Shown here in pieces: positions 22,465-32,824 of a stretch of DNA of 64,000 nucleotides; position 1 is the stretch's first letter, and every line of letters begins with the position of its first letter. This stretch comes from Thecamonas trahens ATCC 50062 (lineage: Eukaryota > Protista > Apusomonadida). The stretch lies in the NCBI RefSeq assembly GCF_000142905.1, contig NW_013657674.1, forward strand, positions 342,709-406,708, given 5' to 3'. A program made the position numbers and the translations under genes. Below the pieces are notes generated by a model. That model was given only the letters and a program-made list of their open reading frames with translations, ran no database searches and was not told the DNA's origin.

Positions 22465-25400
22465 TCAGGCAGGTGCGCCCGCTGACCGGACTGAGCAAAT
22501 ACAGTTGTCCTGGGCAAGACCGCCGGTCATCGATGCTGGTGCCGACTTGGCCGATGACTTGGCCGATGAAGACTTGGATGGCTTGAGTGGGCTCGCACCG
22601 CTTTCGATCTCCTGCAACGCTGAGCTGAATGCTGCCCGTGCCGACGGGTGCAACGTGGTGTCCGCCGCATTGCAGCCGAACAGTCGCGGCCGCGGGCGGC
22701 GAGCGTCGATGTCGGCTCGGGCAGAGGCAAAGCCGAGGTCGACGAGGAGCTCGTGGACTAGGTAATACGCCGACGAGTCCCGCATCTTTTCGGTTGTGTT
22801 CGCCAAAGAGGCCAAGTCGCTCGCAATCAGCTTTTGGTACTCCGTCCTCGCCTCCTGGAACTTGTGCTGGAGCACGTGGCGGGTATTGCGGGCCTCGACG
22901 CAGGAGAGCAGCTCGTCAAACACAATCGCGAGTGCTCGCGGGCTGGCGACTGGAATGACGTCCAGCTCGGGCCAGGCTTCCGAGAGAAACGGGTTCGGAT
23001 CCGAGGTGATGAGCGTGCCAAACGACTGCAGCTGAACTGAGCGCTTGACGGCAGACATGAGCTCGCCGGGCACTGCTGCTGCTCGGCCGGAAGAGACAGC
23101 CAGAACTCGCGAAGTGGCGAGCGTTGCCGACGCCATCGCCATCCGCGTCGAGTCGCCGCGCGAGAGCCCACGCTGCTCAAGCGGAAGGTTGTCAGAATGC
23201 CGCACATCGCCAAACAGCTTGATGATGGTCCGCTGCCCACGCCGCGACGTTGTCCGCGCCGGCAGATGCAGAAGCTCGCGCTGTGCACTGCGCGCCGCAG
23301 CCTCGAGCATACAATGCCACTCGGTCGAGATGACTTGGCGAACGCCGAGGTTGGCCACCAGCGCCGTGAGAAGCGGGATGCCGCCGCGGTGGAGCTCGGT
23401 CTCCAGCCTCTTCACAATGTGCTTGCGCGGCGCGGTCACGCCCTTGGCCTCCAGCCGCGACAAGAGGACCCGCACCTGGTCGGTGAGCGGGAGCGAGGCA
23501 AAGGCGGCCACCTCGTCGGTCTGCAGCTCGAGCGTCGCCACCGCCTCATCAAGTATCACTGCCCGCGGCGCAGAGTCGGCCTCGGCCACAACAAGCACCG
23601 TCCTGTCGGCAGCAATATCCGCGGATAGCTTCTCGATCCGGGCTTTCATGTCGCCAGACAGCGGCGGGTCGAGCAGCGCCTGCGCTCTAGGATCCGCCAC
23701 AAACGCCGCCCGGATTGCAATTGCTGCAGCGAACATCTCTGGACTTTCAAAACACACGATGGCAACGTCGATGCCGTGGCGAGCAGCCGCACCAAACGCC
23801 GCAGGCACCAACGCATGCAGGATGTTGCCCGACTTTTGGTCGCCCCCGAGTAGCCGGTTCCCACCACGGGAAAGGCAACCAAGTGGCGCTCGCGGCCCTG
23901 CAGTGGCGTCGGCCGCTCGGCATCGGCTCCGAGGTGAAACTCGGCAGCAGCGTCGAGGAACGAGATGACTGAGTTCTTGAGATACCGGATGCGCGCCTTG
24001 CTCGCGGCGCTGCCTGAAATGCCAAAGCTTTTGCCAGAGATGTCGGTCGCCCAGGGGACCGGTCTCTCCTCGCCCATGCCTGGCAGGCTTACAAGCGGCG
24101 TCGACATGTTCTTGCGCGCGTGAGAGATCGGAATATCGCGTGGGCCCGTGGGAAACCAGAACTTGTTCCATCGCATGACCGTGTTCATCTCGGACAGCCA
24201 CGCCGGGAGCAGCCACGAATCACAGTCGAGCTCCATGATATCGCTGTGGAGGACAAAGACATGGCCGTTGCTCATGTTGTCGGTCCACGGCGAACGGATC
24301 AGTGGTGCCGGCGGCGGCACAGTGGCAATTACGCTACTGCGGTCACAGTTGCCGTTGCTCCTGCTCCCTCCGCTGCTGCCTGACGAGCTCCCGGCTTTCT
24401 CGCGCTTGTCGCCAGAGGCGCTTGCGAGCTCATCGACCGATGTGCCGAGCTGGGATGCAAACGCCACAAGCTTGCCATACGTGGGATCGTCGCTCGGCCC
24501 GTGGGCAAAGATGCGAGTCAGATGGGTGCGGACATGCCTGGCAAGCTTGACGTCCTCCTGCGAGAGAAGGCACTCAAACGGATCAGCCAAGAGATATCCT
24601 CCCGATGTTGCGGCTTCGGCGCCGACATAGTCGATGAACATCTCGAGCATGCGGGCAGCATCGGCCAGAGTGGCGTCGGTGTCCTGGGTGACCATGGGCA
24701 GAATGTCGAGCTCACCACTCCACAGCTCGGTGAGCATGGGCTTGTCAAAGAGAACCGAGGCGATGCCAAAAGCAGCCTGCGAGGCAGCTCCGGGGGTGCG
24801 CGCCGAGGGATTGACGCACGAGGCGCGGACAGCCGAGACAATTTTGTGAAAGTTGTCGTCGGTGAGGCCAAAGCCGACAAATAGCATGCGCTTGGTCATA
24901 AGTTGTGTTTGGAGGATGCCTGCAAGCACCGACCGCGACTCGGCGTAAGCGTTGTAGTGCTCGCGAGAGAGAACGATAGAATCAGGCTTGGTCACGCATC
25001 CGTGCATCTTGAGCAGCCATTCGGACTTGTCCGGATCGAGCTCGTTGGGCAGGACGGCGACCGGCCGCGACGCTGCCGCGCGTGCATCCTCGTACAGTGT
25101 GTCGTAGTTGGTTGTCACTGCTGCTGGGGTGTCGAGCGAGGCAAGGAGCGCGTGTAGCAACGAAAAGACGTGCGACGCGAGCTGGTCGGCAATGATCGAG
25201 CCAAGCGCGTCCGGGTCAGTCTCGTTGAGCCGGTCCTCGAGCACCGCAGCCTGATCGAGGAACGAAGAGAGCGACCAAAGTGCGTCCGGTTCGACACCGG
25301 CCACTCGGGCAAGTTCGCTGAGCAAGTCGCCCCACAGCGGGAGCCCGGCACCTGCCGAGACGCCCGCGCCGAGAAAGAGGACAAGTCGCTTGGCGCGGAT

Positions 25401-26009
25401 CTCTGCCACCAGGGCCGACGCCGCCGACCGGAACTGCGCCTTGTGCGCAAGTTCGGACCAGATCGACTCGGGTCGCGGATGCCGCCGCCGGTATGCCTGG
25501 ATGGCGGCGTACATTGGGCGGGTGTGCGCCACGAGCACAATGTCGACGCCGTGCAGCTCGGCGAGCGCTCGCAGCGCCGGCAGCAGGGCGCCGATAACCT
25601 CGCCAGTCGACTGCGAGAGCCCACCTTTGCCGGTCCCCACCACCGGAAGCGCCAGTAAGTGCTTGGCCCGGCGGTGCGGCGGGGTAGCCGGCAGATCGGC
25701 AGCTGCGCGCGCCACAAACTGACCCAGCGACTCGAGAACATACGCCAGGCGGCCAGTGGCATCGTCGGTCATATGCGAGAGCCGATCGGTGCCGACCGCA
25801 ACGTAGTAGACCGGCGTGCGGCCCTGAGGTGCAGGCCCGCGTAGGACTCGGACATCTCCCGAGCGATAAGCATCCGGCACCGTGAATCCGCTCTCTGGGT
25901 GTGTCCACTCTGGCCAGTACGGTTCAATGCGGAGCTTAAAGTCGGTCGGCAGGAGGAAGGCAGACGCCGCCACCTTTGTCACGTCCGACTGGATGACAAA
26001 GACGTGCAT
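22465..26009 (-). CDS. Tandem [Macro-like + SIR2_2]x2 protein of ~1180 aa, with one apparent 1-nt deletion at 23843-23847
   Basis: Module 1: HVFVIQSDVTK, LPVVGTGKGG, LFLGAGVSAGAGLPLW, TTNYD, LKMHG, LFVGFGLTDDNF. Module 2 (from 24275) repeats HVFVLHSD and FPVVGTGYSG, then a degenerate SIR2. One extra G joins the two ORFs colinearly with module 1. Confidence 0.85.
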
Positions 26010-26278
26010 TTTGCCATGGAGTGAGAGAGAGAGAGCGCGCGCGGAGGGAGGGAGGGAGGGAGGTGTGCGGTATCTAGCCGTTCCTGACTGACACTCTGCG
26101 TGCGTCTCTGCGTGAGGTTCGTGTTTTGGGAGGAAGGACAGAGCCAGTCGTCGCTTTCGGAAGATTCCAACAAACATGTTCGATGACCAATGCGATAGAG
26201 GCCAGGGGGGGGGGGGGGGGTTCAATGCTTTGCGGGATCTGACAATGGGGTGTGTGTGACACGATGGCCGGGCATTGC

Positions 26279-26554
26279 TTACCAGCGACGCATGAGCGGC
26301 TCGGGCTTGTAGCCCGCGTCGGTGTAGTAGGCGACGAGGGCGGTGGCGCGATCGGCGACGGCGGCGGGCGTGAAGCCAAAGTGCTCAAAGATCTGCTCGG
26401 CCGGGGCGGAGAGGCCGAACTTGTTGTGAAGCGAGACCTGAGCGTGCGACCACTTGTCCCAGCCGGTGGCGGCGTACGGCTCGAGTGCGAGGACGGGGAC
26501 AAACGGCGGGAAGACCGACTCGCGATACTCGAGGTCCTGCTCGGTAGAAGAGGT
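26279..26554 (-). pseudogene. Transketolase C-terminal fragment (91 codons + TAA), absent from the ORF track
   Basis: Manual translation: EQDLEYRESVFPPFVPVLALEPYAATGWDKWSHAQVSLHNKFGLSAPAEQIFEHFGFTPAAVADRATALVAYY...RRW*. No upstream transketolase domains found in the window. Confidence 0.8.
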
Positions 26555-28302
26555 CTACGTCTCGACGGCGTGGAGACACTCGGCGACGGCGGCATCGAGA
26601 AGATGCTTGAGGGCGACCGACGAGACCGGCGACTGGAACTGGGCAGTGGCCAACTTCTTGACCATGATCTCAACAGGGAGAACGTGGACAGACTCCTTGA
26701 CGTAAGGGGGAAGATGGCACGGACGCGGCGAGTAGGCTTGGCCAGCGGCAAGTCGCGCGAGAGGCGGAGCTTGGAGGCGACGGCCTTGATCTCGATAAGC
26801 GACTTGAAGAGCTTGAGGTTGACGACCATGTGGACTTGGGACGGCGACTCGAGCGGGATGGGAGCAAAGAAGACGATGGCGGTGCGGACGTCGCGGTACT
26901 GCAGCGGCGAGCCCGGAATGGAGTTGTGGCAGAGAACCGGTGGCGGCGGTGGGTTCGACGCCGGGACCTGCATGTTCTCAAAGAGTAGGAAGTTGCGGTG
27001 TGCGGTGACTCTGTACGTGGCACCCGAGGTGACCGAGGTCTTAAAGCCGGCGAGCGACTCCATGGGATTGCCCATGTGGACCATTGGGTTGGTCGACTGC
27101 GGAACGAGCGGGGCCGGCGGGGCGGCGGCAGGCGAGGGGTGCTGCGGCGCGGCCAAGGGCGGCGAGGTCGGCTCCGAAGCGACGACGACGCCAATGAGCG
27201 GCTTGAACTCGGCCTCAAACTTGGCGCGGACCTCGGCCATGAGCGACTCGGACCGGAAGCGGGGGGCGGCAAGGAGCTGGAAGATTTCCTCAGCGCCACA
27301 GAGGAAGATGTTGGACTTAGGAAGCTCGAGGGCGACCGACGGGTCACGCTTGCCCAGCCGGCGGAGAGCGGCAAGTTCGATCTGGTCGGCCCGGCGGAGC
27401 GGAACCTCCTTCTTGACCACCAGCCGTTCCGAAGACTCGACAATAAACTTCTTGAGCGTCCGCGCCGTGACCACAATGGCAATGTCGGCGAGCTCGCTGA
27501 GCGGATTCGGGTGGACCGCAATGAGCGAGACCGGGTGCGACATGCCGTACGCGGCCGACGGGAGGGTGAGGACTGCGGCGCGGGCCGGGCTCACCGCCGG
27601 ACTCGTCGAGCCCGTCGAGCCGCCCGAGCCAATGTTGGCGCCTGGCGTAGACGAGCCCGATGGCGACGCGAGGTACATGCCTGACGGCGAGCCCATGCCC
27701 GGAGCCATGACCGGCGCGCCGACAGCCAACGCAGGCAGCATGGCCGGCGCCACAAACGGCGACTCGCCGCTCATCATCGAGTTCATCAACATGTCCATCG
27801 GCATCATACCGAACGGGTTCACGCCCATCATGTCGTGCATCATGTCGCCGCCCGACATGCCCGACGAGCCGTGCGACTCGGAGCTCTGCGAGTTGGACGC
27901 CGCCGCTGCCGCCGCCATCTGCGCCTGCATCTGTGCGTGCATCTGCTGCGCCTGCGCTTGCGCAAGCGCTGCCGCCTGTGCCTGCATCTGCATCATCGCC
28001 ATGTCGTCAAACATGGTGTTGAGCGCAAACGGCGGCGGCGGGCCGACAGGATACGGCTGCATCCCCACCGGCATGCCGGCCTCGAGTGGCCTGGCCCGCT
28101 TGCGGGTATGCTCGTCAGCGAGTTGGCCGGCGCCAGTGCCGGTCTCGCTCGATGCGGTAGTCGCCTCCTCCCTCGGCGCCCTCTCCATCTCGTCCCGTCG
28201 CCGGACCTTGCCGGCCTCCACCGGCTGGATCCGTGCCTCGGCCCCGGCCGCAACCGAACCCTCTAGGCCCGCCGCCTTGGGCCAGAACGCATCCCTCTCC
28301 AT
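26555..28302 (-). CDS. Hypothetical nuclear protein with Q/A/M-rich region and two diverged ~95-aa repeats; 1-nt deletion at 26706-26710
   Basis: RKRAR NLS-like motif, low-complexity MQAQAAA/MMPM tracts. One extra C gives IFPPYVKESVHVLPVEIMVKKLATAQFQSP...VET*. Start codon uncertain (28302 or 28188). Confidence 0.6.
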
Positions 28303-29483
28303 TGGTGCCAACGGATCATTCGCCGACGCCACTGTTCTCGCCCACAGCCACGTGCTCGTGAGTTGTCCGCCACCCGCACGCGACGAACCCGCCAACAAAA
28401 ATGCCCATCCACCCCCCTGACCGCTGCGCACCACCACCACCTCGCCAGCCCCCGCCCTGCCGCACACCACCCACCCAGGGCAAGAAACCCCTTGCCTAAG
28501 AACCCGCAGGGCGGATCTCGCCCGGTCTCCGGCGGCCCGTCCCTCCTCACACCCCAACCCTTACAGCTGGCCAATCCAACACACCAAAGTGGGGAAGGCG
28601 CACCTCATCCAACGCAGATGCAACCCGGTGGCTCAGAGCCACGCGACGCGGCGTGTGACACCACCCACCACACAACATCATGCCACGGGTTGGTACTTGC
28701 AGCAAGTCACGGCTACCAAAGCCAGGAAATTGGGCTTGCTCTCCGCCATCCCCCTCCCCCCTCCCCCCTCCCCCGCTCGGTCTCCATGCTGATACTTCCC
28801 GCCCATCACAGCTCTCCACAACGTACTCGAGAGCGCGCCGTCAAATTGGTGACGAGAGCGGTGTGGCCAGAAAGACGCGCGGAGGAGCAGGTCTTGCAGA
28901 GAAGCGGGCGTTACACAGAATTGCCCAACACCAGCCTACCGACACCCCGCCGCTACAGGAAATATCAGCCCACTATGATCTCTACACTTGCACAAGTACT
29001 TCACACAGCATTCAACTTGAAGCCTAGAGTGTAGCTCTTCCTTTCAGCCTCCTTCACCACTCGCGTTCCGTGCACTCAGCTTGGGGGCCGGCGAGAAGCG
29101 GCACGCGAGGCCTCTGAGAAAAAATTTCGTCCAGCTAAGTATTTTCCCAAAAGGGCAATGTCGGCACGCGTGATGGGCAACAGGGGGGGGAGGGGGGGGG
29201 GGGGGGCAAGGGTCAAATTTTTTTGCCCCACCGCGGGTGACGACCGTCCTTTCGTCCCTGTGCCCCGCGGCCCGCACTCGTCCAGCGAACGAACCCACGC
29301 TGAGGCTCACGAGAGAAAGAACACCTCCACGAGCCGACAAGGGCACCGGCCAAGCTTCACACTTCTCTTGCCTGCTCTGCCTCCCCCACATACTTGGCCA
29401 CAAACTCTAGCCAGATAGCCAAGCGCTTTACACACGTCGAGGTCGCGGCGCTCGAGGTGGAGGTGGACGGGTTGCTGGGAAGC

Positions 29484-31184
29484 ATGGCTGGTGTGGCCGA
29501 GCCGAGGCACAAGCAAGAGGAGGCGGAGGTCTGGCCTCACGACGAGGGCTGCACCGTGGAGAAGCCACCGTGCGGAAAGCGCAAGAAGCGGCGGCGGCGA
29601 CGATACAGGGTCTTCTACACCCACGATGACAAGTACCTCGGGCAGGTCGAGGCGCCATCGCGTGGGAGTGGGCCGCCTGCGCCGACCGCCGGCAAGGTCC
29701 GCAGCGGGCACGCGGTGCGGTACGTGGCACGATCGGGATCGGGATCAGACGGCGCGTCGTCACCAGCCTCAGAGACAAACTTGGCAACGACAGTGTCGCG
29801 GCGGTCGTGGACGGCGACCGAGAGCGTACAGCTGTCGGGTCTGGCCACGCCTGCGGACGATGCGCCGCCGACAACGATGCCAGCGACGAGGCCGGGCCTG
29901 GGCACGGCCGGCCTGGCAAATACCGTGCCACTCCCGACAACAGCGCCGTTGTGGTTCGCGCACCTTGGCGGTGTCGACTACGGAGGGCCGGGGCGCGGAC
30001 GGGTCCGCCGCATGCTCCGCGGCCTCTCGCTCGAGATCGAGAGCCTGGCCAAGATGCTTGCACCGACACCGGCCGAGCTCGAGCTGCGGTCGCGGCTGGT
30101 CGAGAGCGTGCGGGCGGCAGCAGGCGCGATGTGGCCGGGCGCCGCTGTGCACTTGGTCGGCTCGTCGGCGACATCCATGTTCCTGCCAGACTCGGACCTC
30201 GACCTGGTAGTGGTCGGCGTGAGCAGCGACGGGCTCGGGCGGCTGTACCACATGGCGGATGCGCTGCGAGCGGTGCCCGGTGTGGTGGAAGTCGAGGTGC
30301 TGTCGGCGGCGACAGTACCGGTGGTCAAGGCCTCGCTCGCGTACGGCTTTGGCATCGACGTTGTATTTGACATCACCACCGGGGTCGAGACGGTAGCGCG
30401 GATGGGCCCGCTTCTGGCAGCGTATCCGCTGGTGCGGCCGCTTGCGCTTGTTCTCAAGCACATGCTGCGGACACACCGCCTCAACTCGGCGTACTCGGGC
30501 GGGCTCTGCTCCCATGGTCTCGTCCTTCTCCTCATCTCAATGTTGCAGTTTATGGGCCAAGTCTCGCCAAAGCACGTCTTTCACTCGTGCACGCCACCAT
30601 CGCCGCTACCAGCGGTGGTCACGCCACCGACGACAGCCGCGTCGCTTCCGGACGACCAGGCTCTCGGTTTTTGCTTCATCCACTTTCTGCGGCTGTACGG
30701 GACCGAGTTTGTTTACGACTACCGCATTTCAGTGGCCGACGGTGGTGTCCTCAGCCTCTGCGCCGAGCCCGACGGCCCGTCGGCGGCCGAGGCCGACGGC
30801 CCGCGGATCCAGCTCCGGTTGGAGGATCCGGTCTCTGGCGGCGACGTCGGTGCCGGTGCCTTTATGTACGATGTGGTTCGCTCGCTCTTCCAGGCCAAGT
30901 ACTACGCCATGGCCCACGCCGTCCGCTCCTCGTCGCTCACCTCGCTCCTCGCGCTCGTCATCGACCCGTCCGAATTTGCAGTCTACGCACGCTGGCGCCA
31001 CTCGGTCCTCTATCCTACCTCGCCTCCCGATGCTGCCCCACCCGTGTCGCCGATGGCTGACCACACCGCTGCCACGACCCGCCCCCGCTCCAAGTCAAGC
31101 CGCTCCAGAGGCGGCCGCCGGCACCGAAACCGCAATCGGAATCGGGCCCAGAGGCCGAGCCAGGACGTCGACCAAGGCATTTGA
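29484..31184 (+). CDS. Non-canonical poly(A) polymerase, TRF4/PAPD5-7 (TENT4) type
   Basis: VGSSATSMFLPDSDLDLVV nucleotidyltransferase motif, ATVPVVK, LVLK..L....LN..YSGGL.S, LEDP...DVG. Confidence 0.88.
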   Translation: MAGVAEPRHKQEEAEVWPHDEGCTVEKPPCGKRKKRRRRRYRVFYTHDDKYLGQVEAPSRGSGPPAPTAGKVRSGHAVRYVARSGSGSDGASSPASETNLATTVSRRSWTATESVQLSGLATPADDAPPTTMPATRPGLGTAGLANTVPLPTTAPLWFAHLGGVDYGGPGRGRVRRMLRGLSLEIESLAKMLAPTPAELELRSRLVESVRAAAGAMWPGAAVHLVGSSATSMFLPDSDLDLVVVGVSSDGLGRLYHMADALRAVPGVVEVEVLSAATVPVVKASLAYGFGIDVVFDITTGVETVARMGPLLAAYPLVRPLALVLKHMLRTHRLNSAYSGGLCSHGLVLLLISMLQFMGQVSPKHVFHSCTPPSPLPAVVTPPTTAASLPDDQALGFCFIHFLRLYGTEFVYDYRISVADGGVLSLCAEPDGPSAAEADGPRIQLRLEDPVSGGDVGAGAFMYDVVRSLFQAKYYAMAHAVRSSSLTSLLALVIDPSEFAVYARWRHSVLYPTSPPDAAPPVSPMADHTAATTRPRSKSSRSRGGRRHRNRNRNRAQRPSQDVDQGI

Positions 31185-31399
31185 GGAGGCCAACAAACAC
31201 ACACATACACACACACACACGCATGCACACGGCTGCCGAGGTCCGCTTCCGTTGAAGGCATGGTGGCATCTCGGCCTTGCTACACCCATGCCGCCCACCA
31301 TCGCTCGACCATCGCGCCTCGACAACTGCGGCTTGGCTGAGGCTGAGGACAGCAAGCGCTGGCAGCCGACCACCCAACGCGACACGCCGACAGAGGGAG

Positions 31400-32560
31400 A
31401 TGCTTGCCATGCGGGCGGCAGTTTCGGGAGCACGGAGCATGGTGACGCGTGCGATGGCAGTTCACGGAATGGGAGCTTCGTCGCGGAAGGGAGCTGCACT
31501 GGTGGCAAACATGAGCCTGGTGGGCCGGGTGGGCTCGGTGGTGCCGGCGAGCCGGGCATTCGGAGGGCGCCATTCCTCGGCCACGATCCGCCGGCTGTCG
31601 GCGGAGGCTGGCAGCGGGGCGGGCAAGGCGGCTAAGAAGAGCAGCTCGCGCCGGTGGCCTTGGGTGGTGGCCGGCCTGGTCGGTGCTGGGGGCGTGGCGG
31701 CGGTCTACTTCCGCAGGCTGGCCAAGAACAAGGCTGTCTCGCCTGAAGAGTTCCACGCGCCGCAGGCCGAGGCCATCGCCGAGCTCCTCGCCGACAAGAA
31801 GGCGCTCGACGCGAGCAAGGTCACGCTCTTTGCATACTCGGCATGCCCGTTCTCGGGCAAGGTCCGGGCCTTCCTCACCTATCACAGCATTCCATTTAAT
31901 GAGGTCGAGGTCGAGCCGATGTTCAAGTCGGAGATCGCCGACGTGCCGTACTCCAAGGTGCCCCAGCTGACGTTGGCCCGAAACGGGCTTCAGGCCCGGC
32001 TGGTCGACTCGGATGCGATTGTCAACTATCTTGCACCGCTGGTTCTCTCTGCGCCTGAGCTGCACGCGCTCAACAACGACCCGGACGTGCTCAAGTGGCG
32101 CGAGTGGACCTCGCAGCACCTCGTCCGCCTCATCGTGGTGTACATCAATCAGTCGCTCGCGTCAGCCGTCGCCGGCTACGACTACATCGAGCGTTTCGAC
32201 GCCATCCCTTGGTACAACAAGCTCTTCCTCAAGGTTGTCGGCGCCCCGGTCATGTTCCTCGTCTCCAAGTTTGTCACCCGCTCGCGGCTGGCCAAGCTCG
32301 GCTACACCGACGATCAGCTCGACTCGGTCTCGACCCTTCACGCCGAAATCGACGCCTTTGTCTCGCAGGGTCTCGCCGGCCGCGACTTTCACGGCGGCGA
32401 CGCGCCCGACATCGTCGATCTGGAGATCTACGGCGTCATCCACGCCATGCAGGGCCATGCCGTCCACGACGGCCTCCTCACTCACACCGGCATTGGCGCC
32501 TGGCTCGCCCGCATGGAAGCCCTCTTTACCGCCCGCGCCGCTCTGGCTCTCCAGGCCTAG
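31400..32560 (+). CDS. PTGES2: Prostaglandin E synthase 2-like glutaredoxin/GST-fold protein with transit peptide and TM
   Basis: TLFAYSACPFSGKVRAFL.Y, VEVEP..K.EI....YSKVP, DS..I, WREW, FHGGDAPDIVDL.IYGV. Confidence 0.85.
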   Translation: MLAMRAAVSGARSMVTRAMAVHGMGASSRKGAALVANMSLVGRVGSVVPASRAFGGRHSSATIRRLSAEAGSGAGKAAKKSSSRRWPWVVAGLVGAGGVAAVYFRRLAKNKAVSPEEFHAPQAEAIAELLADKKALDASKVTLFAYSACPFSGKVRAFLTYHSIPFNEVEVEPMFKSEIADVPYSKVPQLTLARNGLQARLVDSDAIVNYLAPLVLSAPELHALNNDPDVLKWREWTSQHLVRLIVVYINQSLASAVAGYDYIERFDAIPWYNKLFLKVVGAPVMFLVSKFVTRSRLAKLGYTDDQLDSVSTLHAEIDAFVSQGLAGRDFHGGDAPDIVDLEIYGVIHAMQGHAVHDGLLTHTGIGAWLARMEALFTARAALALQA

Positions 32561-32824
32561 ACGGCTGCACCCGATCGGATGACTGTAAACGAGCAAACAA
32601 AGCGTCGGGCGTAACCACTGAGCGAGCGGGTGCCCGAGCGGGTGCACAAGCCATGACCCAAGCCCTTGTCCCGAGCCAGAATCTAATGCGATGCGATTAA
32701 TTGATTGCCTGTACATTGCACCCCAAGTGTCTGCCTGTCCCATTATCTCATCAAGTAGACCTTGGGCTTGGTGGTGCAGGAGAGGGAGGGCGAGCGGGCA
32801 CCACACCCAACTCGGAAACCAGTC

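Noticed and set aside
22465-26009. Bacterial contamination as the source of the SIR2 gene
   Set aside because: It is contiguous with intron-containing eukaryotic genes, with similar codon style and no nearby gap. Read mapping should still confirm this.
26252-28420. 722-aa plus-strand ORF and other long antisense ORFs (e.g. 8240-9547, 16238-17881, 18787-20529)
   Set aside because: Shadow ORFs opposite or overlapping real genes in high-GC DNA, with no recognisable motifs.
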